A stretch of DNA of 64,000 bases from Candidatus Multivoradales bacterium. Its GTDB lineage: Bacteria > Acidobacteriota > Thermoanaerobaculia > Multivoradales > JAHEKO01. Position numbers and translations under genes: made by a program. This document shows, one piece after another, positions 8,026 through 17,131 of the stretch. Below the pieces are notes generated by a model that worked only from the letters and a program-made list of their open reading frames with translations, had not been told where the DNA came from and made no database searches. The stretch is from assembly GCA_965223855.1 (NCBI GenBank), contig CBDCXM010000009.1, positions 2,656,001 to 2,720,000 of the forward strand, written 5' to 3'. The stretch's first letter is position 1; every line of letters begins with the position of its first letter.

Positions 8026-9503
8026 CCCGGCGGCAGCTCCGAGAAGCGCCGCTCGAGGTCGACTCCGCTGCGACGCAGCCGGCGGTAGAAGATGCCGAAG
8101 ACGAGACTGGCGCCGGCCATCACGAGCAGCCACACCGGAGTCGAGCGGAAGTACCACGCGAGGTCGGGGGCCGTGAGGTCCTTCACCACATGGGCGACCA
8201 GCAGGCCGCCGAGACACACCGCCCCGGCGAGCGCGAGTGCAGTGCGCAGAGCCGATCCGGGGAGGACGGTGACACGCCCGGCGAGTTCGGGATTGGTGTG
8301 CGGCAGCGCGAGGACGGCGAGACACATCACCAGGAAATTGACCAGCATCGAGATGACGAGCAGATCGACGCCGAGGAAGAAGTCCCCGGCGAGATGGCTG
8401 CCCAGAATGCCGATCGAGGCCATCGCGCCGCTCGCCACGAGGGCGACGTGAGGGGTCTGCCAGCGTTGGTGCACGCGGGCGACGAACGTCGGGAAGACGC
8501 CGTCCGACGCCCAGGCGAACATCAGTCTCGACACGGCGAGAAGCATCGCAGGAAGGTCGTTGATGAGAGCGATCGCCGCTCCGGCGACGATGGCGACCGT
8601 CCATCCGGCCGGAAGCAACTCGCCCAGCAGGCCGGGGGCGGTGAGATCGCGAGTGGCGGACTCGGCGGCGATGTACTGCCACGGGACCGCGTGGTAGACC
8701 GCGGCGGTGAAGAGCAGGTAGAAGGTTCCCACTCCGGCAACGGCGAGACCGATCGCCAGCGGCAGATTGCGCCCGGGGTTGCGGGCCTCTCCGCCCGCCT
8801 GGGCGATCGAGTCGAAGCCGATGAAGCTCGAGAACAGGATGGCGGCCGCAGTGATCAGGGTGCCCCAGGAGAAGTCGGGTTCGGGTCCCGGTGGCGGCGT
8901 CCACTCGACGGCGGCGGAGAACTCGGCCTGGTCGAACGAGAAGCCGGCGACGATGACGACACTGCCGAGCACGAACATCACCACCATCAGCGGGATCAGC
9001 GTGCGCTCGTAGAGCCGCAGGCCGCGCAGGTTGACCATCACGAAGATCCAGAGGAAGGCGAGAGCGACCGCCACCCGGATCGGACCATCGTCGAGAGCGG
9101 CGCCGATGGCGTCGGACCCCAAGGCGACGGCGACGTCGCGCAGGAACGGAACCAGCACGTACGACACGACGCCGATGGCGATCGACAGCCCGAACCACTG
9201 AGAGAAGCTGGCGACGAAGCCGAGATAGGGGTGCAGAGCGCGACTGGCGTAGACGTAGCTGCCACCCGCGCGCGGCATCGCCGACGCCAGCACGGCGTAG
9301 GCGAGCGCTGCCAGGAGCGCCGGCACGGCTGCGAGAAGATAGGCCTCCAGCACCCAGGGACCGATTCCCTCGACGTTGCGCTGCAGCGTGAAGGGGATGA
9401 CGTTGATCGCCGCACCGAGCATCGAGCAGATGCCGGTGGCGGCCAGCCCAAGGAGGCCGAGGCGTCGCGCGAGGGCGGGCTGGGAAGGGGCGGTCGAGTG
9501 CAT
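8022..9503 (-). CDS. APC-family amino acid permease
   Basis: SMLGAAI, YAVLASAMPRAGGSYVY, FIGFDSIAQAGGEARNP, SRLMFAW, TPHVAL. Confidence 0.92.
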   Translation of the reverse strand: MHSTAPSQPALARRLGLLGLAATGICSMLGAAINVIPFTLQRNVEGIGPWVLEAYLLAAVPALLAALAYAVLASAMPRAGGSYVYASRALHPYLGFVASFSQWFGLSIAIGVVSYVLVPFLRDVAVALGSDAIGAALDDGPIRVAVALAFLWIFVMVNLRGLRLYERTLIPLMVVMFVLGSVVIVAGFSFDQAEFSAAVEWTPPPGPEPDFSWGTLITAAAILFSSFIGFDSIAQAGGEARNPGRNLPLAIGLAVAGVGTFYLLFTAAVYHAVPWQYIAAESATRDLTAPGLLGELLPAGWTVAIVAGAAIALINDLPAMLLAVSRLMFAWASDGVFPTFVARVHQRWQTPHVALVASGAMASIGILGSHLAGDFFLGVDLLVISMLVNFLVMCLAVLALPHTNPELAGRVTVLPGSALRTALALAGAVCLGGLLVAHVVKDLTAPDLAWYFRSTPVWLLVMAGASLVFGIFYRRLRRSGVDLERRFSELPPG

Positions 9504-9586
9504 GGAGCCTGCCCGGCGTGGGGCCTGTGCGGAGCCGACGGGAGCGGCGGCAGCGTAGCACGGCACCCGCTGGGTTCCCGTGGGGC

Positions 9587-9634
9587 TTGCCTTTCGAGGA
9601 GAAGTTCTCTAGAGTGGCGTAAATGAGGCGTAAA
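9587..9634 (+). promoter_or_regulatory. Sigma70-type promoter with an overlapping direct repeat
   Basis: TTGCCT (9587) - 17 nt - TAGAGT (9610); GGCGTAAA at 9616 and 9627. Confidence 0.6.
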
Positions 9635-10087
9635 CAACAGATTCTCCCGACCGATACCGACTCCTCTCGCTTCGAGCGCGCCCGCGCAGGCCGGGTGGCG
9701 GCCCAACTCGAGAGGGCTTCGCAGCAGCGGCTGCCGGGTGTGAGGGTGGCGGTGCGGGATGCCGACTCGAAGGCATCGAGAAGCGGCTCTGCGGGCGGAG
9801 GGCGTGGCTCAGGCGCACAGGCACGCTTCGACCTCGAAGCCCGTCTGCCCGGCCGCGCCGAGGGGGACAGCCTGCGTGTCCTCGACGCGGACCTGGGAGT
9901 GGTCGGCTCGGCCGCCTCGATCGCGCGATTGGCGGAGGTCATGGCGGTCTGGATGGAGCCTGCGGCGGATGCCTCGATCCCTCCGGCGGAATCGGCCGGG
10001 GAGTCAGTCGGGGAGTGGGCCGGCTCGTTGGGCGGTAGCGGCGGGTCGCCTCGGTCACCGAGTCCACACCGATCGGCAGGAGCGTGA
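9623..10087 (+). CDS. Hypothetical protein upstream of the ccm operon
   Basis: ATG 7 nt after a -10 box; fills the intergenic gap; no recognisable family. Confidence 0.45.
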   Translation: MRRKQQILPTDTDSSRFERARAGRVAAQLERASQQRLPGVRVAVRDADSKASRSGSAGGGRGSGAQARFDLEARLPGRAEGDSLRVLDADLGVVGSAASIARLAEVMAVWMEPAADASIPPAESAGESVGEWAGSLGGSGGSPRSPSPHRSAGA

Positions 10088-10155
10088 CGGGGGCACAGGC
10101 CGCTAAGATGCGCCTCTTGAGGCGGACACGAGACAACCGAGCCCGCGACTGCCCG

Positions 10156-10854
10156 ATGGCGATCCGAACGGCGGACCTCGGTCGCCGTTTCGGCGCTCAT
10201 TGGGCGTTGGCCCATGTCGATCTGGAGATCGAGCGTGGGGAGGTGGTCTGGATCCGTGGCCCGAACGGCGCCGGCAAGACCACGCTGCTGCGGATTCTGG
10301 CAAGTCTGTGTCGACCGACTCGCGGGTCGGTCGAGATCCTGGGGCTCGATCTCGCGGTGGCGCGGGAAGAGGTGCGAAGCCGACTGGCGCTGGTCTCCCA
10401 CTCGCTCTACCTCTATCCGGCGCTGACGGCCAGGGAGACGCTGGAATTGTGGCGGCGGTTGTCTCCGACGAGCACCGCCGACGGCTCGGATACGGGATCA
10501 CCGTTCGCCACCCAGACGCTGCTCGAGGAGGTGGGATTGAGCCGTGCGGCCGATCGCCGGGTCGTCGGATTCTCGGCAGGAATGCGCAAGCGGCTCGCCC
10601 TGGCCCGGGCGCGCCTCGAGCAACCGCAGGTTCTCCTTCTGGACGAGCCGTTCAGCGCCCTCGATCAAGAGGGATGCGAGGCGGTGCAGCGCTGGGTCGG
10701 CCGGTTCGCGGACGAGGGTGGCACCGTGGTCATGGCGTCGCACGATCCGGAACGTGCAGCAGCGGTCGCCAGTTTGCGACTCGACTTCGATCGGGGCCAG
10801 CTCGTGGCGCGCGAGCGACTGCAGGCGGCCGCGGGAGCGGGGGAAGCATCTTGA
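10156..10854 (+). CDS. ccmA: Heme exporter ATP-binding protein CcmA (start could be 10108 or 10117)
   Basis: GPNGAGKTT, FSAGMRKR, LLLDEP; first gene of the ccm cluster. Confidence 0.9.
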   Translation: MAIRTADLGRRFGAHWALAHVDLEIERGEVVWIRGPNGAGKTTLLRILASLCRPTRGSVEILGLDLAVAREEVRSRLALVSHSLYLYPALTARETLELWRRLSPTSTADGSDTGSPFATQTLLEEVGLSRAADRRVVGFSAGMRKRLALARARLEQPQVLLLDEPFSALDQEGCEAVQRWVGRFADEGGTVVMASHDPERAAAVASLRLDFDRGQLVARERLQAAAGAGEAS

Positions 10855-11528
10855 CGACGCTTCTCGCGCTGATCGCCAAGGATCTCAAGCTCGAGTGGCG
10901 GGAGCGGGCGCGCGTGCTGGCGGTGCTGCTCTTCGCCGTCGTGACGCTCCTCCTCTTCTCGTTCGCCCTCGGCCCCGACACCTCGGCGCTTCATCGAGCA
11001 ACGCCCGGAGTGCTCGTGTTGGCCCTCCTTCTGAGTTCGACTCTGGCGCTCAACGAGAGCTTTCGCATCGAACGCGAAGATCGCGCACTCGAGGGGTTGC
11101 TGCTGCGGCCGATCTCTCTCACGGCGCTCTTCTACGCCAAGGCTGGCGCTGCTGCGCTGCTGCTGATCTTGCTCGGACCTGTCGTGATCGCACTGACGAT
11201 CGCGCTGTACGCCTTCCAGTTGCCGCTCGGCTCCGCGGCGGCGCTCGTCGGCCTCTGGACCCTCGGAGCGCTGGGACTCGCCGCCCCGGGAACGCTCTAC
11301 GCGGCGATGACCAGCAGGCTCAAGAGTCAGGACGTCGCCCTGCCGCTCCTGCTCTTTCCGCTGGTCGTGCCGGTGCTGCTAGGATCCGTGAAGGCGATGG
11401 CGCTGGTGCTCACGGGCGACGCAATGCAGCAACTCCGCTCGTGGATCTCCCTGCTGATCGCCTTCGACCTGATCTACTGGTCGGTGTGCGGGATCCTTTT
11501 CCGGTACGCGGTGGAGGAAGGCGAATGA
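10851..11528 (+). CDS. ccmB: Heme exporter permease CcmB
   Basis: KDLKLEWR, LPLLLFPLVVPVLL; TTG start overlapping the ccmA stop. Confidence 0.92.
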   Translation: MTTLLALIAKDLKLEWRERARVLAVLLFAVVTLLLFSFALGPDTSALHRATPGVLVLALLLSSTLALNESFRIEREDRALEGLLLRPISLTALFYAKAGAAALLLILLGPVVIALTIALYAFQLPLGSAAALVGLWTLGALGLAAPGTLYAAMTSRLKSQDVALPLLLFPLVVPVLLGSVKAMALVLTGDAMQQLRSWISLLIAFDLIYWSVCGILFRYAVEEGE

Positions 11529-12211
11529 CGACGAGAAGAGCGCTGATCGCGAGCGGGCTGGTTCTCGGTGCCGTCGGCACCTGGATCGGGCTTTTCGTGG
11601 CGCCGCCCGAGAAGCACATGGGCGTCGTGCAGAAGATCATGTACGTGCACGTTCCGAGCGCCTGGATCTGCATGCTCCTGTTCACCCTCGCCTTCGGTTT
11701 CGCCATCGCCTCTCTGTGGACGGGCCGAAGCCGCTGGGACGACCTGCTGGTCGGCTCGATCGAGGTCGGCGTCGTCCTGAACGCCTTGCTGCTCGTTCAG
11801 GGCAGCATCTGGGGCCGCGCGACCTGGGGGGTGTGGTGGGACTGGGACGTCCGACTGACGACTTCCCTCGTGATGCTGTTGCTCTTCGCCGGAGTCCTGC
11901 TGCTGCGGTCGATGGCACCGTCGGGCGACCGCCGGGTGCAGTGGAGCGCGGTGGCGACGATCATCGCCTGGATCGACGTGCCGCTGGTCTACTACTGCGT
12001 GCGATGGTGGCGGAGTCTGCACCAGATCCAGTCGTCGCCCGAGACGGTGGATGCGGCGATGGTGCTGCCGCTGAGGATCAACGCCGTGGCGATGCTCCTG
12101 TTGGGGCTCGGCTGGACCCTGATGAGGGCGGAGATCGAGCGCCGGCGCAGACGGAGCGAAGAGGTTCCGCTGCCCGATCGACTGCCGGTGAGGGAGGAAG
12201 CTCATGCCTGA
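11525..12211 (+). CDS. ccmC: Heme exporter/chaperone loader CcmC
   Basis: IMYVHVPSAW, WGRATWGVWWDWDVRLT (WWD motif), WWRSLHQ. Confidence 0.95.
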   Translation: MTTRRALIASGLVLGAVGTWIGLFVAPPEKHMGVVQKIMYVHVPSAWICMLLFTLAFGFAIASLWTGRSRWDDLLVGSIEVGVVLNALLLVQGSIWGRATWGVWWDWDVRLTTSLVMLLLFAGVLLLRSMAPSGDRRVQWSAVATIIAWIDVPLVYYCVRWWRSLHQIQSSPETVDAAMVLPLRINAVAMLLLGLGWTLMRAEIERRRRRSEEVPLPDRLPVREEAHA

Positions 12212-12353
12212 GGGCGTGATTCAAGGCGGAGTTGCCTACGTCGTCGCGGCCTATGCGATGACCTTCGTGACACTCGCCGCCTATGCCTGGCATCTGCGCA
12301 AGCAGCTCAGGCGCGGTGGCGACGAGCAGGAGAGTGGGGATGGAGAAGCGTAG
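12204..12353 (+). CDS. ccmD: Heme exporter protein CcmD (49 aa)
   Basis: MPEGVIQGGVAYVVAAYAMTFVTLAAYAWHLRKQLRR...: one TM helix with YVxAAY, then a basic stretch; GGAGGA RBS; lies between ccmC and ccmE. Confidence 0.8.
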   Translation: MPEGVIQGGVAYVVAAYAMTFVTLAAYAWHLRKQLRRGGDEQESGDGEA

Positions 12354-12801
12354 GAAGCTCCTCGGGTTGACCCTGGCGTTGGGAGTCGCCGGCGCGGCGT
12401 TCGCCTATCTCGCCTTCAGCAACGTGGGCGAGAATCTCGTCTACTACTGGAGCCCGTCCGAGCTGCGCGCCGAAGGTCCCGGCGCGGTGGGTGCGATGGT
12501 GCGGCTCGGAGGGCTGGTCGAGCAGGGCACCGTGCGACGTGAGGCCGACGGGCTGACGCTCCATTTTGCGGTCACCGACGGGCGAGAGAGCGTGCCGGTC
12601 TTCGCACAGACCGTGCCGCCGGCGATGTTCCGCGAGGGGATCGGAGTCGTCCTCGAGGGGACGATGGGAGCCGACGGCACCTTCAGCACCGAGCGGCTGA
12701 TGGTGCGGCACGACAACGAGTACCAGGCACCCGACGGTGAGAAGACCGTCGACATGGAGAAGCTCGTCGAGAGCCTCCAGATCGGAGACTCCGGCCCGTG
12801 A
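12340..12801 (+). CDS. ccmE: Heme chaperone CcmE
   Basis: NLVYYWSPSE, VRLGGLV, FREGIGVV, HDNEY (HxxxY). Confidence 0.95.
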   Translation: MEKRRKLLGLTLALGVAGAAFAYLAFSNVGENLVYYWSPSELRAEGPGAVGAMVRLGGLVEQGTVRREADGLTLHFAVTDGRESVPVFAQTVPPAMFREGIGVVLEGTMGADGTFSTERLMVRHDNEYQAPDGEKTVDMEKLVESLQIGDSGP

Positions 12802-14735
12802 CTCCTGCCTTCGGGCAGGCGCTGGTGCTGCTCGGACTTCTGGCGTGCGCCGTCGGCGTGCCGATCGGCTTCTGGGCCGGGGCGAGCCGCTCGTTACCCG
12901 CGCTGGTCTGGACGCGCCGGCTGACCCTGCTGTTCGCGGCCGCGATGACGGCGGCGACGCTGCTGATGGTGTGGGCGCTGCTGGCGCGAGACTTCTCGGT
13001 CTCCTACGTCGCCCAGGTCGGCTCTCACGCCACGCCGACCCACATCACGATCGTCTCGCTGTGGTCGTCCCTCGAGGGATCGATCCTCTTCTGGGGCTTC
13101 GTCCTCGGCGGCTTCGCGGCGGCCTTCGCGCTGCTCGAGCGCCGGGGCAATGAGGACTATCTCGGCTACACCCTGGCGACGATCCTCGCCGTCGGCACCT
13201 TCTTCTGTTTCCTGATTGCCGGGCCGGCGAACCCGTTCCGGCCGACGCCGCCGCCGATTCCGCTCGATGGCCCGGGTCCCAATCCACTGCTCCAGAACCA
13301 CGTCCTGATGATCGTGCACCCGCCGATGCTGTATCTAGGCTACGTCGGCATGACCGTGCCGTTTGCGATGGCGGTGGCGGCGCTACTGCGCGGTCAGCTC
13401 GGCCCGACCTGGTTGCGGCCGTTGCGCTTCTGGCTGCTGATGCCCACGGGCTTCCTCACGGTCGGGATCATGCTCGGGGGGTGGTGGTCGTACGAAGTCC
13501 TCGGTTGGGGCGGCTACTGGGCGTGGGATCCGGTCGAGAACGCGTCGTTCCTCCCCTGGCTGACCGCGATTGCCGCCGTGCATTCGGCACTGGTGCTGGA
13601 GCGACGCGGGACCCTCAAGAGCTGGACGGTGATTCTGGTGCTCATCACCTTCCTGCTGACCCTTCTCGGTACCTTCCTCACCCGCTCGGGAGTGGTCAAC
13701 TCGGTGCACTCGTTCACCCAGAGCCCGATCGGACCGTTGTTCCTGATCTTCCTCGGGATCTGCCTGGTGGCGTCGGTGATCCTGCTGGCCTGGCGGATGG
13801 ACCGGCTCGAGTCGGCCGCGGTGGCCGGCAGCGTGGCGAGCCGCGAGACCGGCTTTCTCGTCAACAATCTGCTGTTGGTGGCGTTCATGTTCACGGTGCT
13901 CGTCGGCACGCTCTTCCCGATCGCAGCCGAGGCGGTCAAGGGGGTCAAGGTGAGCGTCGGCGAGCCGTACTTCAATCGCATGGGGGTGCCGATCTGCTTC
14001 GCGCTGCTGGCGCTGATGGGAATCGGCCCGGTGCTGCCGTGGGGGCGGGCCGATCGCACCAGCCTGCGGCGGAGCCTGCTGCTGCCGCTGCCGGCCGCGC
14101 TGGCCGGCGCCCTGATCGCCTGGTTCCTCGGCGCCAGCAACGGGTACGTACTGTGGGCGAGCGCTCTCGGCGCCTATGCTCTGTGGGTCTCGGCGGACCG
14201 GGGACTGCGCCCCCTGCGGGCCGCGGCGAAGCGCGGCACCGAGCGCAGCCGGGCCGGGGCGGTGCGACTGGCCGGCGGCTATGTCGTGCACATCGGCGTC
14301 GTCGTCACGTTCGTGGCGATCGCCATCTCCGCGAACTATCAGCAGTCGGCGGAGGGGACGTTGCGATCCGGCGACCGGCTGACGGTGGCGGACTTCGAGC
14401 TGAGCTTCGACGAGGTGGTCCTCGATCGGCAGCCCCATCGTGCCGTGCAGCAGGCCTCGATCGACGTCTCGGTGGGAGGTGAGCAGGCCGAGCGGCTCTA
14501 TCCGTCGCTCAACTTCTACGACACCATGCGGGAGCCCCTGGGGACTCCGGCGGTGCGCACGAGCCTCGCGCGCGACCTTTACCTGACGGTGATGAACGTC
14601 GGTGCCGACGGCAGCATCGGTCTGCGAGCGATCGTGACGCCGGCGGTGAGTTGGATCTGGGTCGGCGTTCTCGTCATGGCGGTGGGCACCCTGATGTGTC
14701 TGGTCGGAGGGCGGCCGGGCGTGGAGGCGGCGTGA
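12798..14735 (+). CDS. ccmF: Cytochrome c heme lyase CcmF
   Basis: NPLLQN, HPPMLYLGY, WSYEVLGWGGYWAWDPVENAS, SVHSF. Confidence 0.97.
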   Translation: MTPAFGQALVLLGLLACAVGVPIGFWAGASRSLPALVWTRRLTLLFAAAMTAATLLMVWALLARDFSVSYVAQVGSHATPTHITIVSLWSSLEGSILFWGFVLGGFAAAFALLERRGNEDYLGYTLATILAVGTFFCFLIAGPANPFRPTPPPIPLDGPGPNPLLQNHVLMIVHPPMLYLGYVGMTVPFAMAVAALLRGQLGPTWLRPLRFWLLMPTGFLTVGIMLGGWWSYEVLGWGGYWAWDPVENASFLPWLTAIAAVHSALVLERRGTLKSWTVILVLITFLLTLLGTFLTRSGVVNSVHSFTQSPIGPLFLIFLGICLVASVILLAWRMDRLESAAVAGSVASRETGFLVNNLLLVAFMFTVLVGTLFPIAAEAVKGVKVSVGEPYFNRMGVPICFALLALMGIGPVLPWGRADRTSLRRSLLLPLPAALAGALIAWFLGASNGYVLWASALGAYALWVSADRGLRPLRAAAKRGTERSRAGAVRLAGGYVVHIGVVVTFVAIAISANYQQSAEGTLRSGDRLTVADFELSFDEVVLDRQPHRAVQQASIDVSVGGEQAERLYPSLNFYDTMREPLGTPAVRTSLARDLYLTVMNVGADGSIGLRAIVTPAVSWIWVGVLVMAVGTLMCLVGGRPGVEAA

Positions 14736-15247
14736 ATCGCGGCGCCCTGATCGTCGGGGCACTGGTGAGCCTTCCACTTCTGGTGCTGCTGGCGCTCGGC
14801 TTTCGCTCGGACCCCCGGTCGATCGAGTCGCCGCTTCTCGGGCAGCCGGCGCCGGACTTCCGCCTCGCAGCGCTCGACGGCGGCGAGGTCGATCTGGGCC
14901 AGCTGCGGGGTCGCCCGGTCGTCGTGAACTTCTGGGCGACGTGGTGCCAACCGTGCATCGTCGAGCACCCGTTGCTGCAGCGAGCGGCAAGGCAGTGGGA
15001 GGGGCGAGCGCATTTCGTCGGCATCGTCTACCACGACGAGGAAGCGAACATCCGGCGTTTTCTCGAGCAGCGGGGAAGCTGGGGACGCACCCTTATCGAC
15101 CCCGACTCCGACGTCGCGATCCGTTTCGGCGTCTATGGCGCGCCGGAGACGTTCGTGCTCGATGCCGAGGGAATCGTGCGTCACAAGGTGGCGGGGCTGC
15201 TCTCGGCTGCCGGACTCGAGCAGATGTTGATGGAGGTCTCGTCGTGA
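14732..15247 (+). CDS. ccmG: Thiol-disulfide oxidoreductase CcmG/DsbE
   Basis: VVNFWATWCQPC, GVYGAPETF; GTG start overlapping the ccmF stop. Confidence 0.92.
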   Translation: MNRGALIVGALVSLPLLVLLALGFRSDPRSIESPLLGQPAPDFRLAALDGGEVDLGQLRGRPVVVNFWATWCQPCIVEHPLLQRAARQWEGRAHFVGIVYHDEEANIRRFLEQRGSWGRTLIDPDSDVAIRFGVYGAPETFVLDAEGIVRHKVAGLLSAAGLEQMLMEVSS

Positions 15248-15801
15248 CGAACGCGGGGCCGGGCAGGATCGGGAGAGATCGGCCGGTCCTGGCGGCATGG
15301 GTGTCTCTCCTGCTGGCGGCCGGCGTGTGCTGGTCGCAGAACGACACTCCATCTGCCGATCCAGGCCTGCCGAGCGCGGAGGGTGCGACTGCCGTGGTCG
15401 GCGCGCCGGCCGGTCCGCCTCGCTCTGGCGACGAGCTTTCGGAGCTCACGGAGGAGGTCGCAGCCGGCATGAGGTGCCCTGTCTGCCAGGGACTGTCGGT
15501 GGCCGATTCACCGACCGACCCGGCGACCGCCATGAAGGCAAGAGTCGGCGACCTCCTCGCGATGGGCTACAGCCCGGAGCAGGTACTGACCTACTTCGAA
15601 GCCTCCTACGGAGAGTTCATCCGCCTGTCGCCCAAGCCTGAGGGATTCAATCTCGTCGTCTGGCTGCTCCCGGTCGTGATGCTGCTCGTTGGTGGCGCCC
15701 TGGTCGCCAGGAAGGTGAGGGGGAGACAGGAATCCCCACCGATGGACGAAGCCGAGCTGGAGCGCCTTCGCGAGCAGGTGCGCAGGGAAGTCGCCTCTTG
15801 A
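15244..15801 (+). CDS. ccmH: Cytochrome c biogenesis protein CcmH
   Basis: MRCPVCQGLSVADS, YGEFI, WLLP. Confidence 0.92.
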   Translation: MTNAGPGRIGRDRPVLAAWVSLLLAAGVCWSQNDTPSADPGLPSAEGATAVVGAPAGPPRSGDELSELTEEVAAGMRCPVCQGLSVADSPTDPATAMKARVGDLLAMGYSPEQVLTYFEASYGEFIRLSPKPEGFNLVVWLLPVVMLLVGGALVARKVRGRQESPPMDEAELERLREQVRREVAS

Positions 15802-17093
15802 GTTCCTCCTGGAGTCTCGTTGTCCCGGTCCTGCTGGTCGGTCTCGCCGTCGGAATCGCTCTGGTCCTGGCGGGGCGTCGCAAGGGCGGAAAGGCAGACA
15901 AGGGTGGCGGGCAGCGGGATCGGGAGCTGGAGATCGAAGACGCGCGCGCGCGCCAGCAGGAGCTCTATGAGCAGCTGCGGGAGGCCGATGGCGAAGAGCG
16001 CGAGGAGCTCGAAATCGCGGCTGCTCGCAACCTCCAGCGTCTGGAGCAGCTCGGGGTAGACGGCGGGTCGATCGATCCGCCGCCGGCGCGCGAAGATCGC
16101 TCCGCCGGCCAGACCGGGGGGAGGAGCAGGACTGCTTCGCCCCTGGGTGCGTTCCTCGGGGGCGTCGCCTGTGCGGCTCTCATCGGCCTGCTGATCGTAT
16201 GGGCGCAGCGGGATGCGCGGCCGCGGGAGGACTCCGCGCCGATGCAGGCGCCGGCCGGCGCGCAGGAACCGCACGACGGCACGCCGGCGCTCGATCCGCA
16301 GCAGCAGCAGGCGCTCGAGCAGATCGCCTCGAGGGTCGAGAACGACCCGACCGACGTGATGGCGCGCAAGCAGTACGCCGTCGCGCTGCTCTCCACCGGT
16401 CAGTTCTTCAAGGCGTTCGAGCAGGCGGAGATCCTCCTCGCATCGGACGGTGACGACCCGGACGGCCTCTACGTCGCCGGGATGGTGCGCATGAGGATGG
16501 GGCAGGCGGAGACCTCGAAGCAGCTGCTCGATCGGGTGGTGGCCGCCTATCCGGATCACGTTCCCGCCCTGACCGCCCTGGGGGTACTGGCGGTGAGGAG
16601 CGATGGAATGGAAGCCGCCGAGGAGTACTGGCAGCAGGCGCTGGCGGCTTCGGGTGGGAGCAACCCCGAGGTGGAGCGGTTGATCGCCACGGCGCGGGCC
16701 GAAATGGCCGGCGGCTCGACCGGCGCGATGGGGTCGACGGGCGGAACACCGGCGAGGGCGGAGGCTCCGTCCCAGGGGGCGCCCTCGGGACCGGTCTACA
16801 CGGTGACTCTCGACCTGGCGCCCGGAGCGTCTTCCGGCGGGGTGCTGTTCGTCTCTTTGCGCCAGGAGGCCCCCGGACCGCCCGCCGCGGTACGCCGCAT
16901 CGATCGCCCCACCTTCCCCATGACGATCGTGCTCACGAGCGCAGACAGCATGCTCGGCCGACCGCTGCCGGAGGAGGGAATGCTGGCGGCACGTCTCGAC
17001 GGCGACGGTAGCGCTTCGACCCGCGAAGAGGGCGAGCCGAAGGCGCAGCGGTGGATGAAATCGGGCGAGGAGACGCGCCTCACACTGGAGTAG
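15798..17093 (+). CDS. CcmI/CycH-like TPR protein
   Basis: Two TM segments, a TPR-like helical region and a C-terminal GPPAAVRRI..FP...ARLDGDG domain typical of CcmI. Confidence 0.8.
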   Translation: MSSSWSLVVPVLLVGLAVGIALVLAGRRKGGKADKGGGQRDRELEIEDARARQQELYEQLREADGEEREELEIAAARNLQRLEQLGVDGGSIDPPPAREDRSAGQTGGRSRTASPLGAFLGGVACAALIGLLIVWAQRDARPREDSAPMQAPAGAQEPHDGTPALDPQQQQALEQIASRVENDPTDVMARKQYAVALLSTGQFFKAFEQAEILLASDGDDPDGLYVAGMVRMRMGQAETSKQLLDRVVAAYPDHVPALTALGVLAVRSDGMEAAEEYWQQALAASGGSNPEVERLIATARAEMAGGSTGAMGSTGGTPARAEAPSQGAPSGPVYTVTLDLAPGASSGGVLFVSLRQEAPGPPAAVRRIDRPTFPMTIVLTSADSMLGRPLPEEGMLAARLDGDGSASTREEGEPKAQRWMKSGEETRLTLE

Positions 17094-17131
17094 GATCGCG
17101 GAGGGATAGGCCCTCCCGCTGGAGCGACCTG

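Noticed and set aside
6538-10401. 1287-aa ORF as a single giant protein
   Set aside because: Only the last ~495 aa (AKR-Rid) are protein-like; the upstream part is an Arg-rich off-frame read of the APC gene.
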